From Delftia acidovorans NBRC 14950 (GTDB lineage: Bacteria; Pseudomonadota; Gammaproteobacteria; Burkholderiales; Burkholderiaceae_C), in NCBI RefSeq assembly GCF_001598795.1, contig NZ_BCZP01000006.1, positions 297,008-329,007 on the forward strand: DNA of 32,000 bases, written 5' to 3'. The number at the start of each line of letters is the position of its first letter. Positions within the stretch are counted from its first letter, which is position 1. The notes beneath the pieces were generated by a model. It made no database searches. It worked only from the letters and a program-made list of their open reading frames with translations, and was not told the origin of the DNA. Below, in pieces: positions 8,379-16,152 of this stretch. The position numbers and the translations under genes were made by a program.

Positions 8379-10640
8379 TCAAAACTCTGCTTGCAGGCCG
8401 ACCATGAGTTCGCGCCCCGCCATCGACGTTCCGCAGCCGCCGTTCTGGTACGCCGGGTTGGCGATGCAGGGCGCGCGGTCCAGCGCGATGAAGATGGGAT
8501 GGCGGTTCAGGTCGAACAGGTTGTTGACGGCCGCGAACAGCTTGACGCCGCGCGACACGCGGTAGTCGGCCCGCAGGTTCCAGATGGTGAAGGCGCCCTT
8601 GCGGTGGATGAAGGTGCTGCTGGGCTCGCCCTGCGGGATGAGCAGCGCCTCTTCCGTGTCGTACCACATGGGGCCGCGCAGCAGCGTGGACAGCTGCAGG
8701 CTCCAGTCGCCCTGCAGCCGCCCGCTGCCCTGGCCGTAGCGCACGCCGGCCGAAGCCTCGTAGCGGTACATGCGCTGCACCTTGTCGGTATTGGCCGAGG
8801 CTGGCGATCCCTTGTCCCGCATGCTGAAGTGGTAGTAGCCGCCAGCCCAGGCCTTGAGCTGGTGGCCCGTCAGGTTCAGCGCCCGCGCCAGGTCCATGTC
8901 GGCCTGCATTTCCAGGCCGCGCGCCACGATGTCGGCCGCGTTGTTGGCGTAGTCCGAGGTGTTGGTCGTGGCCCCGCGCGAGACGGTGATGATGCGGTCG
9001 CTGATGGTGTTCTGGAACAGGGCCGCATCCACGCGCCAGCCGGGCTGCTGCAGCGCAGCGCCGACCTCGATCTGGCGGCTGGTTTCGGGCTTGAGGTTGG
9101 GGTTGCCGAAGGTGCGGCCACCGCCGACGGCCGTGAAGTCCGAAGCCAGCTCCGTGGCCGTGGGCGCGCGGAACCCCGTGGAGGCCGCAGCGCGCAGCGT
9201 AAGCCGGTCCGTGGCCTTCCAGGTGGCGCCGGCCGACCAGGTGTGGTTGTCATAGTCGCGCGTGCTGGCCTGGGCCAGGGCGAGGTTGGGCGTATCGTCG
9301 AAACGCGTCGTGCCCCAGGTCTTGCGCAGGCCGGCACGCAGCGTGAGGCGATCGTCGAACAGGGTCTGCGCGTCCTCGAAGTACAGCGCGTGCACCTGCT
9401 CGGTCTGGTTGTTGTCGTAGGGCGCGACCTGGCCCGCCGGGCCGCCCGGCATGGCCACGCGCAGGCGGTCGGAGCGCAGCTTGCTGCGCTCCCAGTCGAA
9501 ACCCATCAGCAGGTCATTGGTCTGGCTGACACGCAGGCGCGGCTGAAAGCGCAGGCCCGTGGCGTCCAGCTGGCGGTGGTTGTAGTCGCGCGCCGTGCCG
9601 GGCACGGCGCTGTTGCCCGAGCGGATCACGGGCGATGCCCAGTTGAACTCATCGGTATCGACCAGGCTGTAGAGGTGGGTCGTCCAGCTCAGGCGCTGGC
9701 CGGGCAGCGCGCCCTCGTAGGTCAGGTCCAGCGAGCGGTTGCTGCGGTTGTCGCGGCTGTAGATGTTGGCGCCCGATCCGCGAAAGCCCGCGTTGTAGAT
9801 GCCGTCCGTGCGCAGTTGCAGCTCCACGCGGTGCAGCTCGTGCAGCTGCCAGCCCAGGGCGCCGCTGGCGCCGCGCCGCTTCCAGCCCGTGTTCTCCATG
9901 CGCGTGCCGCCGTCGCCCGACTCGTAGTCGCCGCGCCCGCCTGCGCTCACGCCGAAGTACCAGTCGAAGCGGTCATTGGCGCCGGCCGTCTGCGCATCGG
10001 TGCGCCACAGGTCCCATGAACCAGCCTGGACCTGAGCGCGCGTGCCGGGCGCCGTGGCCCCCGTCTTCATGATGATGTTGACCACCCCGCCCATGGCCTG
10101 GCTGCCGTAGATCACCGAGGACGGGCCGCGCACGATCTCGATGCGCTCCACATCCGAGGGGCTGAGCTTGGACAGGTTGGCCGTGCCCGCGCGCCGGCCG
10201 TTGACCAGCACCAGCACCTGGCTGCGGAAGTCGCGCCCCTGGCCGTCGGTGGAGGCGCCGCGCAGGTTCATCGAGGTCTGGGCCGCCGTCCATTCGCTGA
10301 GAAAGCCCACGGCGTTCTCGGCCAGCAGGTCGGTGACCGAGCGCGCGCTGGAGCGCTCTATGGCCTCGCGGTCGATGGTCTGCGTGGTGCCCGCGATGCG
10401 GCTGCGCGCCTCGGGCCGCGCGGTGGCGGTCACGAAGACGGCGTCCAGCGCATCGTCGGCGGAGTCCGTGGATCGGCCCGAAGCCGGCTCCTGCGCGGCG
10501 CCGGCCGCTGCAACGCAGCTGGCCAGCAGGACGGCGGCCGCTACGGGCCGCAGGCTGGAGACAAGAGGGAGAACAGAGAGAAGGCCGGAGGAATCGGCGG
10601 CCGAGGAAGCGAAGCGCATGCGTTGACCCAACTGCCCCAC
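8379..10640 (-). CDS. btuB: TonB-dependent outer-membrane receptor (BtuB-like cobalamin/corrinoid receptor)
   Basis: 753 aa from a GTG at 10640. An alternative ATG at 10619 gives MRFASS.... TonB-box-like DAVFVTATA, plug-domain motifs (IERIEIVRGPSSVIYGSQAMGGVVNII) and a C-terminal ...VGLQAEF with terminal Phe. It is directly preceded by a cobalamin riboswitch. Confidence 0.9.
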   Translation of the reverse strand: MGQLGQRMRFASSAADSSGLLSVLPLVSSLRPVAAAVLLASCVAAAGAAQEPASGRSTDSADDALDAVFVTATARPEARSRIAGTTQTIDREAIERSSARSVTDLLAENAVGFLSEWTAAQTSMNLRGASTDGQGRDFRSQVLVLVNGRRAGTANLSKLSPSDVERIEIVRGPSSVIYGSQAMGGVVNIIMKTGATAPGTRAQVQAGSWDLWRTDAQTAGANDRFDWYFGVSAGGRGDYESGDGGTRMENTGWKRRGASGALGWQLHELHRVELQLRTDGIYNAGFRGSGANIYSRDNRSNRSLDLTYEGALPGQRLSWTTHLYSLVDTDEFNWASPVIRSGNSAVPGTARDYNHRQLDATGLRFQPRLRVSQTNDLLMGFDWERSKLRSDRLRVAMPGGPAGQVAPYDNNQTEQVHALYFEDAQTLFDDRLTLRAGLRKTWGTTRFDDTPNLALAQASTRDYDNHTWSAGATWKATDRLTLRAAASTGFRAPTATELASDFTAVGGGRTFGNPNLKPETSRQIEVGAALQQPGWRVDAALFQNTISDRIITVSRGATTNTSDYANNAADIVARGLEMQADMDLARALNLTGHQLKAWAGGYYHFSMRDKGSPASANTDKVQRMYRYEASAGVRYGQGSGRLQGDWSLQLSTLLRGPMWYDTEEALLIPQGEPSSTFIHRKGAFTIWNLRADYRVSRGVKLFAAVNNLFDLNRHPIFIALDRAPCIANPAYQNGGCGTSMAGRELMVGLQAEF

Positions 10641-10759
10641 TCACCCGCGGGGCCTATCGTCTGAACCACGCCGCACAGCGCGCACGCCGGAGCCGGCCAC
10701 GGCAGCGCAGGCTGGGGCCGGACCGGACAGGCGCACTCCCGCGGCGTCCGAAAGCAATG

Positions 10760-11020
10760 CAGAAGGCCGGTATCCGGGCTTGCGGAACGCTGCGGCACGC
10801 AGGGTGGGCGCGCTGCGGCAGGCATCCCCGCCTTCCCATGCCCGAGAAGGACACAGTGGCTTGCGGCGCGCGACCTGTCGATAGCGCGCCAGCGTGGGGA
10901 GTTGTATTCCGCTGACCGTTGCGGGGGCAGCGCAGGCATTGCGAGCGGCCACCTCGATGGCATCGCGCACCTGCTTCCCGTTGAACCCCTGGCCGGTGAA
11001 CGGCATGGGGCACCTTCAGC
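10760..11020 (-). promoter_or_regulatory. Cobalamin (B12) riboswitch in the 5' leader of the btuB-like operon
   Basis: The minus-strand reading contains the conserved cobalamin-riboswitch blocks in order. These are GGUGCC, then AACGGGAAGCAGGUGCG, then CCUGCGCUGCCCCCGCAACGGU, then GCCACUG....GGGAAGGCG. A B12-box-like AAGCCCGGAUACCGGCC follows (plus-strand 10765-10782). Block by block this parallels my recollection of the E. coli btuB leader (GGGAAUCCAGUGCG, GCUGACGCGCAGCGGU, CACUGCC..GGGAAGUC, AGCCCGAAGACCUGCC). About 120 nt of expression platform follows before the start codon. Confidence 0.85.
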
Positions 11021-11070
11021 AACAGCGCACCGCCACGGCCCAGAGGCTGCGGCGGTGCGCCAGCGGCGGA

Positions 11071-11952
11071 TTATCGCCCAGCCCAGAAGCCTGGCACCCG
11101 GGCCAGCGCCCGCAGCGCGCGGCGGCTGCTGCGCGCGCTGGTAGCCAGGCGGGCCTGCAGGTAGCCGGCGGCGAACCAGGCGCGCGGGTCGCGCGCGGCC
11201 TCGGCATGGAAATGCTCGGCCGCCACGGCCATGTCGTTGTGCAGACCCAGCGCGTCCTGGGCGGGCACCAGCGCCTCGGCAAAGCGCCGGCCCTTTTTGC
11301 CGGGCCACATTCCGGGCGCGAATTCCCGCGCAAAGTCCGCCAGGTAGCGCAGGCGCTTGAGCCGCTTGCGCACGCGGTGCTGCTGCGCCAGCGGCAGGCG
11401 GTCGAAGTGCCGGCCATCGCGCAGCACCTGGCGGTGCAGGCGCGCCAGCCGCCGTGCCAGGTACTTGCGCGTGCCTGCGGCGGACAGGTGGACAAAACGG
11501 GCCGATGGCTCTCCCTGCGGCGCCTGCGCCAGCGCCTGGATCTCGGCCAGCGCGTGCAGGAATGGCGGCTCGCGCACGGCAGCGGCTGCATCCGCCTGCA
11601 CGGCCTGCGGCGCCTGCCAGTCGCACAGGGGCGCATGGGCTGCCTGCAGCAGCGGGCGCACCACATCGGCCAGCGTATCGGCATCGCGCAGCGTGCCCAG
11701 CTGCGCAAAGGCCTGGGCCAGGGGGTCATCCCATTCGGCGCGCATGCCGGGCGCCAGCCCCGCGCACTCACGCAGCACGGTGCGCAGGCGCCGCAGGGCC
11801 ACGCGCAGCTGGTGGATGGTCTCGGCATCGCTGCCACCGCCCTCCAAAACCGCCAGATGCGACTGCACCTGGGCCAGGGCAGCAGCCAGCGCCGCACGCA
11901 CAAAGCCGGCCGCATCGGGCCGGTCAGGTTGCTGCTTCGCAGAGGTGGACAT
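11071..11952 (-). CDS. CHAD domain-containing protein
   Basis: The ORF runs 11071-11994. The likely start is MSTSAKQQ at 11952. It has repeated CHAD-type helices with conserved His/Arg: IHQLRVALRRLRTVLRE, LGTLRDADT, QHRVRKRLKRLRYLADF and LGLHND. Confidence 0.75.
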   Translation of the reverse strand: MSTSAKQQPDRPDAAGFVRAALAAALAQVQSHLAVLEGGGSDAETIHQLRVALRRLRTVLRECAGLAPGMRAEWDDPLAQAFAQLGTLRDADTLADVVRPLLQAAHAPLCDWQAPQAVQADAAAAVREPPFLHALAEIQALAQAPQGEPSARFVHLSAAGTRKYLARRLARLHRQVLRDGRHFDRLPLAQQHRVRKRLKRLRYLADFAREFAPGMWPGKKGRRFAEALVPAQDALGLHNDMAVAAEHFHAEAARDPRAWFAAGYLQARLATSARSSRRALRALARVPGFWAGR

Positions 11953-12009
11953 GGTCAGGAGAGGGTGTGCGGGCGTTGCTGCGATTGTGGGCACCGCCCG
12001 GCCCCCGGG

Positions 12010-12501
12010 TCAATCGGCGCCATCCCCGCTCAGGCTGTGCAGCGCGGGCCGGGCAATGCGCACATAGTCGGCCGAGTCCAGCACGATGGAGCGGTCCAGC
12101 CGGCCCGCGTTGAAGGCGATCTCGCCAAAGCGCTCGACCAGGGCCGGGTCCACGACCAGGCGCACCTGCGGGTTGAAGGAGAACGGCGGCACCGATCCCA
12201 TCACGCAGCCCGTGGCGGCCTGGGCCTCCTCGGGCGAGGCCAGCGTGGCCTTGCGCACGCCCACGGCCTGGGCCAGGCGCTTGAAGTCCAGCTTGCGGTC
12301 GCCGGGCAGCACGGCCAGGAACAGCTGGGGATCGGCCGCACCGGACGCATCGCGGCTCTTGCAGAGCATGGCCTTGGCGCCCTGGCCGGGGGCGGTGCCC
12401 CGGATTTCGGCGACCAGGTCAGAGCGGCCTTCGGCCGGATGTTCCAGGACGCGAAAACGCGCGCCCTGGGATTGCAGCAGGTCTACAAGGGTGTCGAACA
12501 T
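12010..12501 (-). CDS. YbaK/EbsC/ProX-like aminoacyl-tRNA deacylase domain protein
   Basis: The track ORF 12010-13260 is over-extended. The credible start is the ATG at 12499-12501 (MFDTLVDLLQSQGARFRVLEHPAEG...), giving 163 aa. The pattern is YbaK-like: LAVLPGDRKLDFKRLAQAVGVRKATLASPEEAQAATGCVMGSVPPF...IAFNAG. Confidence 0.75.
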   Translation of the reverse strand: MFDTLVDLLQSQGARFRVLEHPAEGRSDLVAEIRGTAPGQGAKAMLCKSRDASGAADPQLFLAVLPGDRKLDFKRLAQAVGVRKATLASPEEAQAATGCVMGSVPPFSFNPQVRLVVDPALVERFGEIAFNAGRLDRSIVLDSADYVRIARPALHSLSGDGAD

Positions 12502-12558
12502 GGTGGAAAGCGCAGAGAAGTCGTCTGGATTTTGACATTCTGTCCAATTCAAAACAAA

Positions 12559-13209
12559 ATGTCCAATATGACCCAACGAACCCCTGAACAGCGCCAGCTT
12601 CTGGACCAGCTGGCCCAGATCGCCGAAGGCCTGGGCCAGACCTTTGCCCCGTTCTGCGAGGTGGTGGTGCATGACCTGCTCGACCCGTCCCATGCGGTGC
12701 TGGCCATCCACAACAACCTGTCGGGCCGCGAAGTGGGCCAGGGCGCGACGGAGCTGGGCCTGGCCCGCATCCTCGACCCCGGCTACGAGCAGGTCATCGC
12801 CAACTACCCCAACCAGTTCGCCGATGGCCGCCAGGCCAAGAGCACGTCCATCGGCATCCGCGACTCCGAGGGCCGCTACATCGCCGCCCTGTGCATGAAT
12901 GTGGACCTGACGATGTTCCAGGGCTTCCAGGGCATGCTCAACCGCTTTGCCGCCGTCAGCGGCGACACCCCCGCGCGCGAAATGCTGGACCCCACGGGCG
13001 CCGGTGCAGGCGCCGACACGGTGCGTGCCCGCATCGATCAGTTCGCGGCCCGCCTGGCGACCACGCCGCGCGCCCTCAAGCCCGAGGAGCGGCGCGCCCT
13101 GGTCCGTGAACTCAAGGGCGCCGGCCTGCTGGACCTTCGCCGCTCCATGGAGACCATTGCCGCCCACCTGGGCGTGTCGCGCGCCACGGTCTACAGCTAC
13201 GCCAAGTAG
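12559..13209 (+). CDS. YheO/DauR-like transcriptional regulator (PAS-like sensor plus C-terminal HTH)
   Basis: Only the C-terminal third of track ORF 10894-13209 looks like protein. MSNMTQRTPEQRQLLDQLAQIAEGLGQTFAPFCEVVVHDLLDPSHAVLAIHNNLSGREVG... is the YheO-like PAS domain. The C-terminal IAAHLGVSRATVYSYAK is an HTH. The start is ATG 12559 or ATG 12568. Confidence 0.8.
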   Translation: MSNMTQRTPEQRQLLDQLAQIAEGLGQTFAPFCEVVVHDLLDPSHAVLAIHNNLSGREVGQGATELGLARILDPGYEQVIANYPNQFADGRQAKSTSIGIRDSEGRYIAALCMNVDLTMFQGFQGMLNRFAAVSGDTPAREMLDPTGAGAGADTVRARIDQFAARLATTPRALKPEERRALVRELKGAGLLDLRRSMETIAAHLGVSRATVYSYAK

Positions 13210-13253
13210 GTCCGGGCCCCCCTTCCCGATCCACCCCTGTTTTTCCTGTACCG

Positions 13254-14219
13254 ATGACAAGCCTTCTTCCCACCTACGACGACGTGGCCGCTGCGGCCCA
13301 ACGCATCCAGGGCCATGCCCACCGCACGCCCGTGCTCACCTCGCGCACGCTGGACGATGCGCTGGGCGCCCGCGTCTTCCTGAAGTGCGAGAACCTGCAG
13401 CGCATGGGCGCCTTCAAGTTCCGGGGAGCATTCAATGCGCTGTCGCGCTTCAGCCCCACCCAGCGCAAGGCCGGCGTGGTGGCCTTTTCCTCGGGCAACC
13501 ACGCCCAGGCCATCGCCCTGGCAGCGCGGCTGCTGGAGATCCCCGCCACCATCGTCATGCCGCATGACGCGCCCGCCGCCAAGGTGGCGGCCACCAAGGG
13601 CTATGGCGGCCAGGTGGTGGTCTACGACCGCTATACCGAAGACCGCGAGCAGATCGGCCGCGGCCTGGCCGAGCGCCACGGCCTGACCCTGATCCCGCCC
13701 TACGACCATGCCGACGTGCTGGCCGGCCAGGGCACGGCCGCCAAGGAACTGTTCGAGGAAACCGGCCCGCTGGACGCCCTCTTCGTGCCGCTGGGCGGCG
13801 GCGGCCTGCTGTCGGGCACCGCCCTGTCCACGCGTGCGCTCAGCCCCGAGTGCGCGCTCTACGGCGTGGAGCCCGAGGCCGGCAACGACGGCCAGCAGTC
13901 GCTGCGCGCAGGCCGCATCGTCCACATAGACACCCCCAAGACCATTGCCGACGGCGCCCAGACCCAGCACCTGGGCGGCATCACCTTCCCCATCATCCAG
14001 CGCGACGTGACCGACATCCTCACCGCCAGCGATGCCGAGCTGGTCGATGCCATGGGCTTCCTGGCCACGCGCATGAAGCTCGTGGTCGAGCCCACCGGCT
14101 GCCTGGGCCTTGCCGCCGCGCGCCAGAAAAGCGAAGAACTGCGCGGCCGGCGCGTGGGCATCATCCTCAGCGGCGGCAACGTGGACATGCAGCGCTTTTG
14201 CAGCCTGCTGGGCGCCTGA
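13254..14219 (+). CDS. PLP-dependent serine/threonine dehydratase family enzyme (serine-racemase / threo-3-hydroxyaspartate ammonia-lyase-like)
   Basis: 321 aa. PLP-lysine motif CENLQRMGAFKFRGAFNAL, plus SSGNHAQA and a Gly-rich loop PLGGGGLLSG. Confidence 0.88.
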   Translation: MTSLLPTYDDVAAAAQRIQGHAHRTPVLTSRTLDDALGARVFLKCENLQRMGAFKFRGAFNALSRFSPTQRKAGVVAFSSGNHAQAIALAARLLEIPATIVMPHDAPAAKVAATKGYGGQVVVYDRYTEDREQIGRGLAERHGLTLIPPYDHADVLAGQGTAAKELFEETGPLDALFVPLGGGGLLSGTALSTRALSPECALYGVEPEAGNDGQQSLRAGRIVHIDTPKTIADGAQTQHLGGITFPIIQRDVTDILTASDAELVDAMGFLATRMKLVVEPTGCLGLAAARQKSEELRGRRVGIILSGGNVDMQRFCSLLGA

Positions 14220-14244
14220 TCCTGATCCTGATCCTGGTCCTGAT
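14215..14244. repeat. Hexanucleotide microsatellite (CCTGAT)x5 with one variant copy (CCTGGT)
   Basis: Read directly: cctgat cctgat cctgat cctggt cctgat. It begins inside the last codons of the dehydratase and includes its TGA stop at 14217-14219. Confidence 0.9.
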
Positions 14245-14256
14245 CGAAGGCCGCCC

Positions 14257-14991
14257 TCACCCGCGCGGGCTGAAGGTGCGCGGAAACACCACGGGCGCGC
14301 TGCGGTCGGCCAGGCGGTAGCCCATGGCGGGGCGGCGTGACGTGCCCTCCACCTGGCCGGCCTCCACCAGAAAGCCGGCCGCCATCATGCGCGTGCGAAA
14401 ACCGCTCTTGTCCACGGGGCGGCCCAGCACCACCTCGTAGGCCTGCTGCAGCTGCGGCAGCGTGAAGGGCTCGGGCAGCAGGAACGCCGGCAGCGAGGTG
14501 TACTCCACCTTGCCCCGCAGCCGCTCCACCGCTGCGCGCAGGATCTCGCCGTGGTCGAAGGCCAGCGCAGGCTCGCGCAGCAGTTCATCGACGGCAAACC
14601 ACGACACATCGGCCGCATTCGCGCCCTTGGCCAGGATCAGGTCATGGCCCGGGATCAGCGCGAAATACACATGCGTGGCCGACCAGCCACGCGGGTCGCG
14701 CGCCGCGCCGCCCCAGCTTCCCAGCTGCTCCAGGTAGGGGCTGTCCACACCCGTCTTGTCCAGCAGCTTGCGCCGCGCGCAGGCCAGCAGGTCCGCGTCC
14801 TGGCGCACATCCACAAAGCCGCCGGGCAGCGCCCACAGCCCCGGAAAGGGCTCGCTGCCCGCCGTGGGGCGCTGCACCAGCAGCACCTGCAGGGCATCGT
14901 CAGCCACCGTGAAGATGACCACGTCCACCGTGGTGAACGGGCGCGGGAAGTCCAGCGCGCCCTGCGGGGATGGGGAATTTTTTTCAGCCAT
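14257..14991 (-). CDS. nrtR: NrtR-family transcriptional regulator (Nudix-like ADP-ribose-sensing domain plus C-terminal winged helix)
   Basis: 244 aa. The N-terminal Nudix fold is FTTVDVVIFTV..LQVLLVQR...GLWALPGGFV. The Nudix box is degenerate (RRKLLDKTG where REx2EExG is expected). The C-terminal half is NrtR-typical: LAFDHGEILRAAVERLRGKVEYTSLPAFLLPEPFTLPQLQQAYEVVLGRPVDKSGFRTRM. Confidence 0.88.
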   Translation of the reverse strand: MAEKNSPSPQGALDFPRPFTTVDVVIFTVADDALQVLLVQRPTAGSEPFPGLWALPGGFVDVRQDADLLACARRKLLDKTGVDSPYLEQLGSWGGAARDPRGWSATHVYFALIPGHDLILAKGANAADVSWFAVDELLREPALAFDHGEILRAAVERLRGKVEYTSLPAFLLPEPFTLPQLQQAYEVVLGRPVDKSGFRTRMMAAGFLVEAGQVEGTSRRPAMGYRLADRSAPVVFPRTFSPRG

Positions 14992-15020
14992 GGGATGGAT
15001 TGTGCTTGACGTGCCGGATT

Positions 15021-15066
15021 TTAAGTTGCACTATGCAACCCATACAAGTTGCACAGAGCAACTTAA
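15021..15066. promoter_or_regulatory. Candidate NrtR operator: two adjacent palindromes nested inside a larger inverted repeat
   Basis: Box 1 is GTTGC-ACTAT-GCAAC at 15025-15039. Box 2 is AAGTTGC-ACAGA-GCAACTT at 15046-15064, with perfect 7-bp arms. The outer TTAAGTTGC (15021-15029) and GCAACTTAA (15058-15066) are also inverted repeats. The region lies in the 87-bp gap between divergent nrtR (ATG 14991) and the SPFH gene (ATG 15079). It abuts the AAAGGA RBS at 15065-15070. A possible plus-strand promoter is TTGACG 15006-15011, 17 nt, CACTAT, which would overlap box 1. Confidence 0.55.
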
Positions 15067-15078
15067 AGGAAAAGCACC

Positions 15079-16152
15079 ATGTTCGGCATCCGTTTCATCA
15101 AGTCCCAACCCACGGTCCACCTCATGCAGTTCCGCGCCGGCAAGGTGGTGCGCGAGGGTGCGGGCCAGTCCTTCTTCTACTACGCCCCCACCACCACCCT
15201 GGTCGCGGTGCCCGTGGGCAGCCAGGACTGCCACTTCATGCTGGAGCTGGTGACGGCCGACTTCCAGAGCGTCACCGTGCAGGGCCAGGTCACCTACCGC
15301 ATCAGCACACCGCGCCAGACCGCCACGCTGATGGACTTCTCCCTGGCGCGCGACGGCCAGAAATACATGTCCGAAGACCCGCAGCGCCTGGGCGACCGCG
15401 TGACCATGCAGGCCGAGGTCATCATCCAGCAGGCCGTGCAGGCGCTGGAGCTCAAGCAGGCGCTGCGCTCCTCGGCGCTCATTGCGCGCACGGCCCAGCA
15501 GGAGCTGGCCGCCCAGCCCGAGATCGAGGCGCTGGGGCTGGAGATCCTGGGCGTCTCGGTCATGGCCGTCAAACCCACGCCCGACATCGCCCGCGCCCTG
15601 GAAGCCGAGGCGCGTGAGTCCAACCTCAAGGCTGCGGACGACGCCGTCTATGCCCGCCGCATGGCTGCCGTGGAAAACGAGCGCGCCATCCGCCAGAACG
15701 AGCTCGATACCGATGTGGCCGTGGAAAAGAAAAAGCGCCAGATCCGCGAGGCCCAGCTGGAAGCCAAGGCCGCCCAGATGCGCAAGGAAAACGAGCTGCG
15801 CGCCGAACAGATGTCCGCCGATGTGGCGCTGGAGACCAGCCGCCGCGACTTCGTCGAAGGCCAGGCCGCCAACAGCCGCACCCTGGCCGAGGCCGAGGCC
15901 TACCGCGTGGGCGCCGTCATGCAGGCCCTGGAAAAGGCCGACCCGCGCATCGTGCAATCGCTGGCCGCCGTGGGCATGCAGCCGGGCCAGCTCATCGCCC
16001 AGGCCTTTGGAGGCATTGCCGAGAAGGCCGAGCGCATCGGCCAGCTCAACGTCTCGCCCGAGCTGCTGCAGTCGCTCATGGGCGCCGGTGCAGGCCATGC
16101 AGCTGCCGTGGCCGATCCCGAACCCGCAAGGAGCCGCCGTGAACGCCAATGA
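15079..16152 (+). CDS. SPFH/Band-7 (prohibitin/flotillin-like) domain protein with a coiled-coil tail and no obvious TM helix
   Basis: 357 aa. The SPFH core is VAVPVGSQDCHFMLELVTADFQSVTVQGQVTYRI...LGLEILGVSVMAVKPTPDIARALEAEARE. A charged Ala/Glu/Lys/Arg-rich helical region follows. I saw no 20-residue hydrophobic stretch. The RBS AAAGGA lies 8 nt upstream. Confidence 0.85.
   Translation: MFGIRFIKSQPTVHLMQFRAGKVVREGAGQSFFYYAPTTTLVAVPVGSQDCHFMLELVTADFQSVTVQGQVTYRISTPRQTATLMDFSLARDGQKYMSEDPQRLGDRVTMQAEVIIQQAVQALELKQALRSSALIARTAQQELAAQPEIEALGLEILGVSVMAVKPTPDIARALEAEARESNLKAADDAVYARRMAAVENERAIRQNELDTDVAVEKKKRQIREAQLEAKAAQMRKENELRAEQMSADVALETSRRDFVEGQAANSRTLAEAEAYRVGAVMQALEKADPRIVQSLAAVGMQPGQLIAQAFGGIAEKAERIGQLNVSPELLQSLMGAGAGHAAAVADPEPARSRRERQ

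Noticed and set aside
7737-10019. 760-aa plus-strand ORF
   Set aside because: It is antisense to the clearly recognisable BtuF-like and TonB-dependent receptor genes, and its translation is low-complexity Ala/Arg/Gly sequence.
10541-11626. 361-aa minus-strand ORF, and the 121/122-aa ORFs at 10641-11022
   Set aside because: They run through the cobalamin riboswitch and leader and are out of frame with the CHAD gene. Their composition is Ala/Pro/Arg-rich with no motifs.
11016-11915. 299-aa alternative minus-strand frame overlapping the CHAD gene
   Set aside because: The 11071-11994 frame carries the repeated CHAD His/Arg helices, and this frame does not.
10894-12558. N-terminal 555 aa of the 771-aa ORF 10894-13209
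   Set aside because: Only the last 216 aa look like a real YheO-like protein. The upstream part is antisense to the CHAD and YbaK-like genes and crosses the riboswitch.
14220-14256. Rho-independent terminator between the convergent dehydratase and nrtR genes, and likewise at 21265-21279 and 19877-19930
   Set aside because: I found no convincing GC-rich stem followed by a T-run in any of these gaps.
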